A stretch of 64,000 bases of DNA from Macrostomum lignano (lineage: Eukaryota), in NCBI GenBank assembly GCA_002269645.1, contig NIVC01000162.1, positions 372,001 through 436,000 on the forward strand, written 5' to 3'. Under the pieces are notes generated by a model. It saw nothing but the letters and a program-made list of their open reading frames with translations. It was not told the origin of the DNA and did no database searches. A program made the translations under genes and the position numbers. Shown here in pieces: positions 12,401-23,431 of this stretch (positions are counted from its first letter, which is position 1; the number at the start of each line of letters is the position of its first letter).

Positions 12401-15400
12401 CCTAGGGAAGAGAGATTACAGATTCTAGGGAAGAGAGATTATAGATTCTAGGGAAGAGATCACAGATCCTAGGGAAGAGAGATTACAGATCCTAGGAAAG
12501 AGAGATTACAGATCCTAAGGAAAAGAGATTACAGATCCTAGGGAAGAGAAGTTACAGACCCTAGGGAAGAGAGATCACAGATCCTAGGGAAGAGATTACA
12601 GATCCCAGGGGAAGAGATTACCGATCCTAGGGAAGAGAGATTACAGATTCTAGGGAAGAGAGATTATAGATTCTAGGGAAGAGATCACAGATCCTAGGGA
12701 AGAGAGATTACAGATCCTAGGAAAGAGAGATTACAGATCCTAAGGAAAAGAGAATACAGATCCTAGGGAAGAGAAGTTACAGACCCTAGGGAAGAGAGAT
12801 CACAGATCCTAGGGAAGAGATTACAGATCCCAGGGGAAGAGATTACCGATCCTAGGGAAGAGAGATGACAGATTCTAGGGAAGAAAGATTATAGATTCTA
12901 GGGAAGAGATCACAGATCCTATGGAAGAGAGATTACAGATCCTAGGAAAGAGAGATTACAGATCCTAAGGAAAAGAGATTACAGATCCTAGGGAAGAGAA
13001 GTTACAGACCCTAGGGAAGAGAGATCACAGATCCTAGGGAAGAGATTACAGATCCCAGGGGAAGAGATTACCGATCCTAGGGAAGAGAGATTACAGATTC
13101 TAGGGAAGAGAGATTATAGATTCTAGGGAAGAGAGATTACAGACCCTAGGGAAGAGAGATTACAGACTAGCGAAGAGAGATTACAGACCCTAGGGAAGAG
13201 AGATTACAGATCCTAGGGAAGAGATTACAGATCCCAGGGGAAGAGATTACAGATCCCAGGGGAAGAGATTACCGATCCTAGGGAAGAGAGATTACAGATT
13301 CTAGGGAAGAGAGATTATAGATTCTAGAGAAGAGAGATTACAGATCCTAGGAAAGAGAGATTACAGACCCTAGGGAAGAGAGATTACAGATCCTAGGAAA
13401 GAGAGATTACAGACCCTAGGGAAGAGAGATTACAGACTAGGGAAGAGAGATTACAGATCCTAGGAGAGAGAGATTACAGATTACAGACCCTACAGGCAAG
13501 AGAGATTACAGACCCTAGGGAAGAGAGATTACAGACCCTATAGGGAAGAGAGATTACAGACCCTAGGGAAGAGATTACAGATACAGAGGGCATACGTCAT
13601 GGATAGGATGGGGGAACATTGAAAAGAGAGCAGCTGAGCAGCAACCCACCTGCACCACCAAGTCGGGCTTAGCCTCTAGTCCCAGGCGCCTCCCGATTGG
13701 GTCAATCTCTTGCGGCCGCAGGAATTTGTCGCGCAACAGCTGGCAGATGACGTACAACGATTGAGTCCACAGGTGCGGCAGCGCACCAACCGGGTGGCGA
13801 TCCTGGCTACCCGGAGCGGCCCGCTCTGCTGCAACCAGGTGCCCTGGAACGCTGTAGGACTCGGGCATCTGCGGCAGTCCGTCAGAGTTCAGCAGAGCCA
13901 GCCGGTCCAGCAGGCGGGCGAAGCGGTCCGCCCGCTCGTCAGAGTCGGCGAACTGCGCGTCCAGCAGCTGGTAGCAGAGGAACAGGGGCCACTCGCACTC
14001 GATGTTCTCGAACTGGCGCAGCTCCCAGGGCTCGTAATAGAGCCGGTTAGGGTCCTCAACAGCTGTGCGGTAGCCGTCGCGCAGGAAGCGCCGGTAGCCG
14101 TACCTGGGGTGGGATTTCCGATGGATGATTATTAAGGGATTAGCGAGGCTGAGACTCGGAAAGGAAGGTTAAAAGCAATTTTAAAACTAACTAGGATAGA
14201 ATTTTATTTAATCGGATGGGAAATGGTTGGGATAAAGAACAGGATGGATGGAATGGGGAACAGGATGAGGAAAAGGATGGATGGGATGGGGAACAGGATA
14301 AGGAACAGGATGGATGGGATGGGGAACAGGATGGATGGGATGGGGAACAGGATGGATGTGATGGGGAACAGGATGGATGGGATGGGGAACAGGATGGGAT
14401 GGGGAACAGGATGGATTGGATGGGGAACAGGATGGATGGGATGGGGAACAGGATGGATGGGATGGGGAACAGGATGGATGGGATGGGGAACAGGATGGAT
14501 TGGATGGGGAACAGGATGGGATGGGGAACAGGATGGGATGGGGAACAGGATGGGTGGGATGGTGAGCAGGATGGGATGGGGAACAGGATGGATGTGATGG
14601 GGAACAGGATGGATGGGATGGGGAACAGGATGGGATGGGGAACAGGATGGATTGGATGGGGAACAGGATGGATGGGATGGGGAACAGGATGGGATGGGGA
14701 GCAGGATGGGATGGGGAGCAGGATGGGATGGGGAACAGGATGGGATGGGGAACAGGATGGGATGGGGAACAGGATGGGATGGGGAACAGGATGGGTGGGA
14801 TGGGGAGCAGGATGGGATGGGGAACAGGATGGGATGGGGAACAGGATGGGATGGGGAACAGGATGGGTGGGATGGGTAGCAGGATGGGATGGGGAACAGG
14901 ATGGATGTGATGGGGAACAGGATGGATGGGATGGGGAACAGGATGGGATGGGGAGCAGGATGGGATGGGAACAGGATGGGATGGGGAACAGGATGGGATG
15001 GGGAACAGGATGGGTGGGATGGGGAACAGGATGGATTGGATGGGGAACAGGATGGGATGGGGAACAGGATGGGTGGGATGGGGAGCAGGATGGGATGGGG
15101 AACAGGATGGATGTGATGGGGAACAGGATGGATGGGATGGGGAACAGGATGGGATGGGGAACAGGATGGGATGGGGAACAGGATGGGTGGGATGGGGAGC
15201 AGGATGGGATGGGGAACAGGATGGATGTGATGGGGAACAGGATGGATGGGATGGGGAACAGGATGGGATGGGGAACAGGATGGATTGGATGGGGAACAGG
15301 ATGGATGGGATGGGGAACAGGATGGATGGGATGGGGAACAGGATGGATGGGATGGGGAACAGGATGGATTGGATGGGGAACAGGATGGGATGGGGAACAG

Positions 15401-18146
15401 GATGGGATGGGGAACAGGATGGGTGGGATGGGGAGCAGGATGGGATGGGGAACAGGATGGATGTGATGGGGAACAGGATGGATGGGATGGGGAACAGGAT
15501 GGGATGGGGAACAGGATGGATTGGATGGGGAACAGGATGGATGGGATGGGGAACAGGATGGGATGGGGAGCAGGATGGGATGGGGAGCAGGATGGGATGG
15601 GGAACAGGATGGGATGGGGAACAGGATGGGATGGGGAACAGGATGGGTGGGATGGGGAGCAGGATGGGATGGGGAACAGGATGGGATGGGGAACAGGATG
15701 GGATGGGGAACAGGATGGGTGGGATGGGGAGCAGGATGGGATGGGGAACAGGATGGATGTGATGGGGAACAGGATGGATGGGATGGGGAACAGGATGGGA
15801 TGGGGAGCAGGATGGGATGGGGAACAGGATGGGATGGGGAACAGGATGGGATGGGGAACAGGATGGGTGGGATGGGGAACAGGATGGATTGGATGGGGAA
15901 CAGGATGGGATGGGGAACAGGATGGGTGGGATGGGGAGCAGGATGGGATGGGGAACAGGATGGATGTGATGGGGAACAGGATGGATGGGATGGGGAACAG
16001 GATGGGATGGGGAACAGGATGGATTGGATGGGGAACAGGATGGATGGGATGGGGAACAGGATGGATGGGATGGGGAACAGGATGGATTGGATGGGGAACA
16101 GGATGGATGGGATGGGGAGCAGGATGGGATGGGGAGCAGGATGGGATGGGGAACAGGATGGGATGGGGAACAGGATGGGTGTGATGGGGAGCAGGATGGG
16201 ATGGGGAACAGGATGGGATGGGGAACAGGATGGGTGGGATGGGGAGCAGGATGGGATGGGGAACAGGATGGATGTGATGGGGAACAGGATGGATGGGATG
16301 GGGAACAGGATGGGATGGGGAACAGGATGGGATGGGGAACAGGATGGGATGGGGAACAGGATGGGATGGGGAACAGGATGGATTGGATGGGGAACAGGAT
16401 GGATGGGATGGGAGCAGGATGGGATGGGGAACAGGATGGGATGGGGAACAGGATGGGTGGGATGGGGAGCAGGATGGATGGGATGGGGAACAGGATGGAT
16501 GTGATGGGGAACAGGATGGATGGGATGGGGAACAGGATGGATGGGGTGGGGAGCAGGATGGGATGGGGAACAGGATGGATGGGGTGGGGAGCAGGATGGG
16601 ATGGGGAACAGGATGGATGGGGAACAGGATGGGGAACAGGGTACACTGATAGGACACACTATACGAGTGAGATAGGGTGAGGAATGGGATGGAGAGTAGC
16701 AGTACAGTAAAAGTACGATTCCCCTAACACTGAACAAAAACAAGATCCTAGCGCTAATTAGTCAGGCGCTTGATGCTCTCACCTGCCCTGTAGCATGCTG
16801 TCAATGCAATTCCTAGTGCTGGCAACCAGCTCTTCCCTATCCACAGCGAATGCCGGATAGCCAATAACAGCCAGCAGGCCAGCGTCAGTCTCCTTAGAGC
16901 AGCTCTCCCTCGGCAGCATGGTGTCCAGCACGGCCGCGCAGTTCTGCGAGTCGTCAGCCATCACGTGGATAAACGATCGACAGCCGCCCGAGCTGCCGTA
17001 CAGGTCGAGCTCGGACAGCGCCTCCAGAGCCGCCTTGGTCATGCCTATAGAGGTGGAGTTGAGCTCCGGCTGGCCATTGTTAGTCTTGTCGCCTCGTTCC
17101 CACACGCCGTAGTCGCAGGTCATATAGGCCGCGTCAAGGTAGAACACAAGATTCTGTACGAATGCGGTCTCTTCGGCTGTGTAAACAAGCACCAAGCCTG
17201 AGGCGGTCATCTGTGCCAGGGCTAGTACGTACAGGGCGACAGCGTCAAACTGCAGGTGGCCATAGTTGGAATCGCCAGTGACTGGCGACAGGCTGCTGGC
17301 TGAGAACTTGCAGTGCAGCGCGTCCAGTGGCTGCCTGGTGTGCTTGAACCGCTCCACCTGCGCAGTGGGTTTGTGCTGGGCATCGTTAATAACAAAGCCC
17401 AAAGGCATTTGCGGTAAAATGGAAAAAAATCTGTTAGATTAGAAGTTTAGGTCTCGTGAAGTTTAGGTCTCGTGAAGTTTAGGTCTTGTCAAGTTTAGGT
17501 CTTTTCAAGTTTAGGTCTTTTCAAGTTTAGGTCTTTTCAAGTTTAGGTCTTTTTAAGTTTAGGTCTTTTTAAGTTTAGGTCTTTTCAAGTTTAGGTCTTT
17601 TCAAGTTTAGGTCTTTTTAAGTTTAGGTCTTGTGAAGTTTAGGTCTCGTGAAGTTTAGGTCTTGTGAAAGCGCCCCCTCCCCGAATCCATCTGGACGCGC
17701 GAGGAATCGAACCCGGGACCGTTTGGGCGAGAGACACACTTCACCAAAGCATCAAGGTAAGACAGCCGCTAACGGGAGCGCTTGAAATTTACAAAGAAGC
17801 CAGCAATAATTAATAGATATTTAGTGTCTGTGAGTTCTAATTTAAACACATTCATCACCTTATCAGCCTGACGCATCATACAGGCCAGCAGGCTCCGCAT
17901 GCACTTGATAGTCCGACCTTCGAGGTCTCGCAGCCTAGCCCTGTCCTGGTCCTCTTCGGCCACCTTTTTGAAGGCCAAAGCCAGCGCCCAGGTGCACATG
18001 GCAGCGTAGGTGTTGTCCCGGATGTAGGCATGATCGCTGCTGGGCGTAGATGGTATCAATCCCGTGATGTCATTCTGCCTGGCCAGCACAGTCTTCAGCA
18101 CCAGGCTGTGGTAATAGTCCAAATTCTTTCTGGGCTCTGGCGACGA
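457..18146 (-). CDS. PHKA: Phosphorylase b kinase regulatory subunit alpha, multi-exon, partial at both ends
   Basis: Hand-spliced exons (minus): 18146-17859, 17357-16783, 14103-13650, 11484-11000, 10434-10355, 10134-9883, 8715-8671 (tentative), 3670-3548, 2988-2781, 2339-2138, 1815-1560, 1020-922, 482-457 (tentative). All introns are GT-AG and phases agree. Alpha-type motifs: [67 protein letters not shown]. Start exon not identified; the gene continues beyond position 1. Confidence 0.95.
1153..1551. repeat. Irregular 13-15 bp minisatellite (ctgtagctgccc...) in PHKA intron
   Basis: Tandem copies of gtagctgccctct / gtagctgccccct are directly visible between exons 1560 and 1020. Confidence 0.9.
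1869..2025. repeat. 29-bp tandem repeat, about 5.5 copies, containing a Pol III B-box-like motif on the minus strand
   Basis: ttcgaa recurs at 1871, 1900, 1929, 1958, 1987 and 2016. The minus strand reads ggtcaggggttcgaat. Confidence 0.85.
3021..3139. repeat. 32-bp tandem repeat, about 3.7 copies
   Basis: ctgactcactgctcaccattgactgcagctgc starts at 3021, 3053, 3085 and 3117. Confidence 0.85.
3175..3378. repeat. 21-bp tandem repeat, about 9-10 copies
   Basis: Unit tagtgtacttccaatctgatc. Confidence 0.9.
3902..8128. repeat. 33-bp minisatellite, about 128 copies (4.2 kb), PHKA intron
   Basis: Unit agtgaagagttgatagatcagacaggtgtgtgt with recurring variants (agt/ggt, 2-bp deletion gagtttag, caggtg/cacgtg). 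Confidence 0.97.
8915..9790. repeat. 30-31 bp A-rich minisatellite, degenerating rightwards
   Basis: Unit caaatcaaaatggcactcaaatattactca. Confidence 0.9.
10590..10972. repeat. About 20-bp degenerate tandem repeat
   Basis: Unit gagattttgatatctaggat with substitutions. Confidence 0.8.
11560..13578. repeat. 21-24 bp purine-rich minisatellite with an approximately 225-bp higher-order repeat
   Basis: Unit gggaagagagattacagatccta. The variant cctaagg recurs at about 11887, 12288, 12514, 12739 and 12964. Confidence 0.93.
14232..16640. repeat. G-rich 17-21 bp minisatellite (ggatgggatggggaaca), 2.4 kb
   Basis: Directly visible. It accounts for the 800+ aa low-complexity ORFs in all three minus frames. 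Confidence 0.95.
17443..17668. repeat. 16-bp tandem repeat
   Basis: Unit aagtttaggtcttttc, about 14 copies. Confidence 0.9.
17696..17750 (-). mobile_element. tRNA-derived SINE head fragment
   Basis: The minus strand has GGTCCCGGGTTCGATTCC (B box and T arm) about 30 nt after a degenerate A-box-like TGGTGAAGTG. No full cloverleaf. Confidence 0.4.
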
Positions 18147-18220
18147 CTGAAGGTGTACAAGTGGGCAGTGCAAACTTATTCAATGCTGAACAAGAGCATG
18201 TATTAGCCTTGTAGCATATG

Positions 18221-18460
18221 CCAGGGGGAACCTAGGGCTTAGAGTGTCAGACTCACAACTTGAAGGTCAGGGGGGCGTTTGATTCCCAATCCCATTGGAC
18301 CAATTTGTGTCCATGAGCAAGACACTTAACTCTGCATTGCTTCAGTTTACCTAGCTGTGAAATGGGTGCCAGCATTAGCTGGGGTAATTGAAGGTGTGCT
18401 GTGACCCCCCAGTTCATGGACTGAACAGCCATATGCAGCCTTCAGATATGCCACACAATA
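18221..18460 (+). mobile_element. tRNA-head SINE with CORE-like domain
   Basis: Degenerate tRNA-like head (gtcagactcacaacttgaaggtcag...gtttgattccc), then gtgtccatgagcaagacacttaactctgcattgcttcagtttacctagctgtgaaatggg (18307-18366), which resembles the MIR/CORE consensus as recalled. Confidence 0.65.
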
Positions 18461-19101
18461 TAGCTATGGCTGAGCTTTTTCAACCTTTTAATTGCTTACA
18501 TTAGCTAATATCAGTTTTCATCAAGAATATTTGACTATTTAGCATGATCCCATTTAAATCTTTTCATATTTCTAAATCAATTGTTTTATGCACTTAATTA
18601 AAATGAATTCCTAATTCATTATATATTACTATTGTCTATAACTATTGCAAATAGGCAAAGATGAATTGCCATTTTGGACATAGATAAGCAAAGACTAGTA
18701 AATTAATTTCTTAGAAACAGTTAGAAACTTGAGTTCTTGACTTAAGAATCATTGTTTAAGCAGAATAGTCATATTTAAGCTTTAAAGTATAATAAATAAT
18801 TAGAAATTGTCCTGTCACTAAGCATAGCAATGATATGATTAATACCTTTATTGAATTTATTGTTGATATATCTATTGCCATGCTAAATTACATATAGCAG
18901 TTTCTTATGGTCATGACAAAAAAAATTTATGACTATATTTACAATTACATGTCTTTTTTGTTTTTTTTAATATCATATCATTTTTTTCATGTCTTTTTCT
19001 AGCTTCATTTCTTTATCTTTATCTTTTATTTACATATATGTCTAATCTTCCTGGTTTATATTAGCTGTGCTTACTTACTTCCTGACTTATCTAATATAAT
19101 T

Positions 19102-19180
19102 TTGGGTAAATGGTATGTATGAGTAGGCCTAACTACAATTATATTGTTAAGACTAAATGCCTTGTCATCTAATTAGTACT
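19102..19180 (+). repeat. Dispersed repeat fragment, second copy at about 54711-54785
   Basis: Both copies read tttgggtaaatgg...ttaag(a/g)c(t/c)aaatgcct...tcatctaattagtact. Confidence 0.6.
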
Positions 19181-19866
19181 AATTAGTATCTAGAGTCGAG
19201 ACTAGAGGTAATTAAACAAAGATAATTTATTTCATATATTATAGACTATTAGAGCCTATACTTTACTCTAAAAAACATTATTTATGCCAGTGCCAGCATG
19301 CATTTGGCTTGCTTGATGAGCATTCTATACATTAGGTTCTAGCATATTTTCTAGCATGCACTCAAGATAATCCTAGGTATAGAGTATAGACAATAATACT
19401 TAGCTATATACTTTATATCATTGAATATAATCATTTTCTAGTTATTTTTAGAGTAATTTTGTTGTTTGCTGATGTTTGTAGGGCCTAGTTGATTACAAAA
19501 CAAATGGTTTTAAAAAAGTTTATTGACCAACTTTTTATTTTTAATTAAAATAAAAAACTGCACAGTAGGCCTATATTAACTTATATATAGTTAACAATAC
19601 AATTATTTGTTTTTGTTGGTTATGGATATCTTGGCAAAAAATAATAAATGCCAATTTTAATTTACAAAAGTATAAAGTTTTAAAATCAAATCTATTGCAT
19701 CGTTCTTTCGAAAAAATTTATTCACTTTTTATTACTTGCAGTTGAAAAGGCTCTACTTATTATACCATATGTTTACAATTTATTAAAGGACTAAAAATTA
19801 AATTAAAAAAATTAAATGTCAACCGGCTGACCGACTGATTTTTCAAGCTTAAATCTGTGGCTCAGA

Positions 19867-20126
19867 GGGCCTTTTCATATTACCAATTCCAGAACCAGAA
19901 TCGGTTCGGAATTCCAAGAAAAACAGCAGTATAACTATTAAACTCTGTTAATATTTGACTGCCTTAACAACCTAACTTAGCACAATTTTTCACTTTCTTC
20001 TTGGCGATTGTCATTCAATAATAAAAACATTATAGCACGTATCTCCCTCTAGTTATGGAGACAAAAAGTTATACTTCACAAATTGGTTCTGGTTCTGGAA
20101 CCAGAGCAAGCAATATGAAAAGGCCC
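19867..20126. mobile_element. 260-bp MITE with GGGCC termini (PIF/Harbinger-like)
   Basis: TIR gggccttttcatatt (19867) and aatatgaaaaggccc (ends 20126), subterminal ttccagaaccagaa inverted motif, flanked by aga on both sides (possible 3-bp TSD). Confidence 0.7.
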
Positions 20127-20345
20127 AGAGTCTACGTATTGCTTAATCGAACCCTAAACAAATTCTATAAACAGGATTCTACTTTAAAAGTATTTTAGGA
20201 ACTAAACACAAAGCTATGGTATATACATGGTATTCCACTGAATTATCTCTGCTTGACTTTGTTAAAATAAAAAACATTAAAGTGCACAATGATCGTGATT
20301 CTTTTCTGTTACGAAATTGTGTATCATAACGTTATATCAATTTAT

Positions 20346-20381
20346 CAAGGACTTCTAGACTAGCTAGTCTAGAAGTCCTTG
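20346..20381. other. Perfect 36-bp palindrome
   Basis: caaggacttctagactag followed directly by its reverse complement ctagtctagaagtccttg. Confidence 0.95.
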
Positions 20382-22159
20382 CAATTTATATTAACTCATT
20401 GTGAACAAAATAAAAAACTAGCATGCTTAAATCAAGAGATCCGTCGTTACTTTCTTCTGTTTTACTATGATATCAAACAAAAATTTTGTTGTGTTAGGAA
20501 TAGTATGCTTGTTGCATACTCTACTATTACTGTGTCATAAAGTGATATGTAATTCTATTGTTGGCATTCTGTTGTGGCTCCGGCTTTATATGATGATCCA
20601 CTGATGATTTTTTTACGGCCCAGCATTAACTTATCCCAATGACAGCCTAATTTTGCTGAATAAACTTTGTAGCGCAAAAATGTTTGCACTGATCGAGTCT
20701 GAGGATGATCGACCAATTTTGGATGGAGTAGTTATAAATTAAATGCAGTACCTATATTTGAATGTACAAACATTTGGGCAAGTACGGAGTTAGTTTCTGA
20801 AGACGCCTTGGAACATTGACAGAATAGTGCAGTGGATTTTCTTTATGTGCTTCAATAGCTGGAGCTCTGCTTGTCCAACAACTGAAACTTACGAACCCGC
20901 GTATTGCATTTGCGTTTTTTAACTTTTTATTTTCATATACTATACTAGCCTCCCGAGTAGTAGTTTAGTAAGTAGTTTAAATTGATATTTAGTTTTTGCC
21001 GGAACCGAATGGTACATGTATATAATTTATGAGTCGATTATATAATCATCATATAATCTTTAATCATGCATTTTTAGATTTTCATGTACACATGTAGTAT
21101 TACCCTGGGGTTGTTACATAATTAGATTAGTTCTAGCATCATTATTATGCGCATATCGGTTTAATGCAAATATTTCTTGAACTACATAAAATTTTTACCA
21201 TTTACCTTTCTGGGTAAGCTCAGCTGCGAGTCTGTGCACATGGTATGCATGTAAATGTTGTATAAATTTAAATTAATAATCCATGCAGTAAATTTGGTTG
21301 AAAAATTGTTGATTTCAATTTGAAACTCTCACAGCGTAACTAGCTCAAAAGGCCACTACTTGTATAATTCGTACAAAATGAGAGTGATGTATTATAGCTA
21401 GCTAGCAGTAGAAGATACTGTACAGTAGTAGTGTACAGAAGATACAGAAGCACAAGGATGAGACGGAAGCGCTGCGACAGCATCGACCCAAGCAGCCTTA
21501 TCTGCAGAATAAACTGACTTTGACAGGAAAGAAACCCGCGAGGGCCTTGAGAGCTATAGCTTGAGCGCTCTTGAAAGCATCGGAAATGAACCAATATCCG
21601 AATTTGCCCTTTTCCCGCATTCCCGCACCGTCAGATGGGGCTGGGCAACCTGTGCCCCTCGTCCCTACCCATGCAATCAATACATGGCTGATAAAAGTGC
21701 AACGAGTTATACTAGAAACAGACGTTCAGAGCTGAGAATTAAGACATTGTCTAACCCTAGAAGGCTGTGCCAGCAGGTTCAGATTTACGCTCGTATAGCG
21801 TATAGCGATATCTTATGACATGCTTTCCCCTCTGTTGTGAACTCTATTCATAGGCTGCTTTGCACTCTTTAATTAACTCGCGTGTTCGTCCATCATCAGT
21901 TACCGTAGCGATCGCTCCCTGAGACTGCTTGGACATTCTCCCTGTGATCCGCTTCCTCTACTCTTCAGACTTTCCTCAGAAAATCAAACTGTAGTTATGC
22001 GTCTTCCTCTCCTCCACCTTTTTACTCTTCCCTACAGTCTCCCTCTCCCCTATCTTTTCACTCTCCTCTACAGTCTCCCTTTTCACTATCTTCTCACCAA
22101 GGACTACTAGACGAAGACTACTAGACTATAAAGAAGCGTTCTTAGAGATCCTTGCTTCT

Positions 22160-22500
22160 CACTCTCTCCTACCGTCTCCCTCTCCCCTACCGTCTCCTTC
22201 TCCCCTACCGTCTCCTTCTCCCCTACCGTATCCTTCTCCCCTACCGTCTCCTTCTTCCCTACCGTCTCCTTCTCCCCTACCGTCTCCTCCCCTACCGTCT
22301 CACTCTCTCCTACAGTCTCCTTCTCCCCTACCGTCTCCTTCTCCCCTACCGTCTCACTCTCCCCTACCGTCTCACTCTCCCCTACAGTCTCACTATCCTC
22401 TACAGTCTCACTCTCCCCTACCTTCTCACTCTCCCCTAACGTCTCACTCTCCCCTAACGTCTCACTCTCCCCTACCGTCTCACTCTCCCCTACCGCCTCA
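22160..22500. repeat. 18-bp pyrimidine-rich tandem repeat
   Basis: Units ctccttctcccctaccgt / ctcactctcccctaccgt. Confidence 0.88.
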
Positions 22501-23431
22501 CCACGGCATGGCTCACTCTCCCTCCCATTCTAGCTCTCCTCTCGCCCGCTCTTTACTCACATTTTCTTCATACTGGCTCAAATCTGTGGACCTGCAGCAC
22601 TCTGTTTCTGCATAGCATGCAGTCAACTCTAAATACTACTCGTACAAATATCTATGGCCAGATCCGTCTCACAGGCACCCGATGTCTTGAGAATGGAAGC
22701 AGTTTGAAACCGCTCCTGTCTCATTCCAGATCTTTGCTACAGTTTCACTGCAAGCAGGCAATTTGCTTGTCTTTCCTAACTAGTTGCAGCACCCGCTACG
22801 TACCATAACTACGAGCGTATGGCCTGAATTATTATTATTTTCACTTGGAAAGACCTCCAGGGGTGGCGCCGCAGCGACCCTGGCAGTCCAACTGGAGATA
22901 AAGCGATTTGCGGCCTTGCACTGCATTGCACCAAAAATTTAATCAGTACGTGTATCAAAAAATATAAGCAAATTAGCGAATTAGCGAATTGACCAGAAGT
23001 AAATAAGTGACTCTGAACTGCTGGTTCCAGTTTTTTAAATGACATTTCAATGAGAAGAGAATACGTCAATATGGCGTACATTTTATGGCATTCCTGACAT
23101 TGATGATGCATCAGCTCTAGCGAATCTCTTCAACAAGACATGAGTCCAGTTTCTTCTGCCCCATGGGACACAGCTGCTCTGCATGGCTCGAGATGCAACT
23201 TGCTTAAATGTCCACAAAGTCCTTTGATCAAAGATTTGAGACTGCATGTCTTTTGCTAAGCAAGTCAATTTGCCTTTCAAATGAGCAGGTATAGAAAAGC
23301 AATTTTAATAGCATACGAGACACCGAAAATCCCTGCTGTGCATGTGTGTCCTTCAATACTTGAAATGGGAGCTCAGACATGACTGTTGCGGTGTCAGGCT
23401 CTGACACTCACTGTCACAATGAAGCAGTGTC

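Noticed and set aside
13710-14135. Antisense ORFs opposite real exons (also 11209-11577, 27611-28129, 36727-37398, 38051-38512)
   Set aside because: Shadow ORFs expected opposite GC-rich coding sequence, with no recognisable motifs.
14191-16743. 800-850 aa Pro/His/Ser-rich ORFs and many Gly/Trp/Met-rich plus-strand ORFs
   Set aside because: They are open in all frames because the repeat unit lacks stops, and they lie inside a phase-consistent PHKA intron.
17690-17770. Possible tRNA gene
   Set aside because: Only the T arm and B box are good; no acceptor-stem pairing or anticodon arm. Treated as a SINE fragment.
21340-21482. Short minus-strand ORF with a hydrophobic, signal-peptide-like start (MLSQRFRLILVLLYLLY)
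   Set aside because: No downstream exon or homology could be tied to it, and PHKA is cytosolic. Needs RNA evidence.
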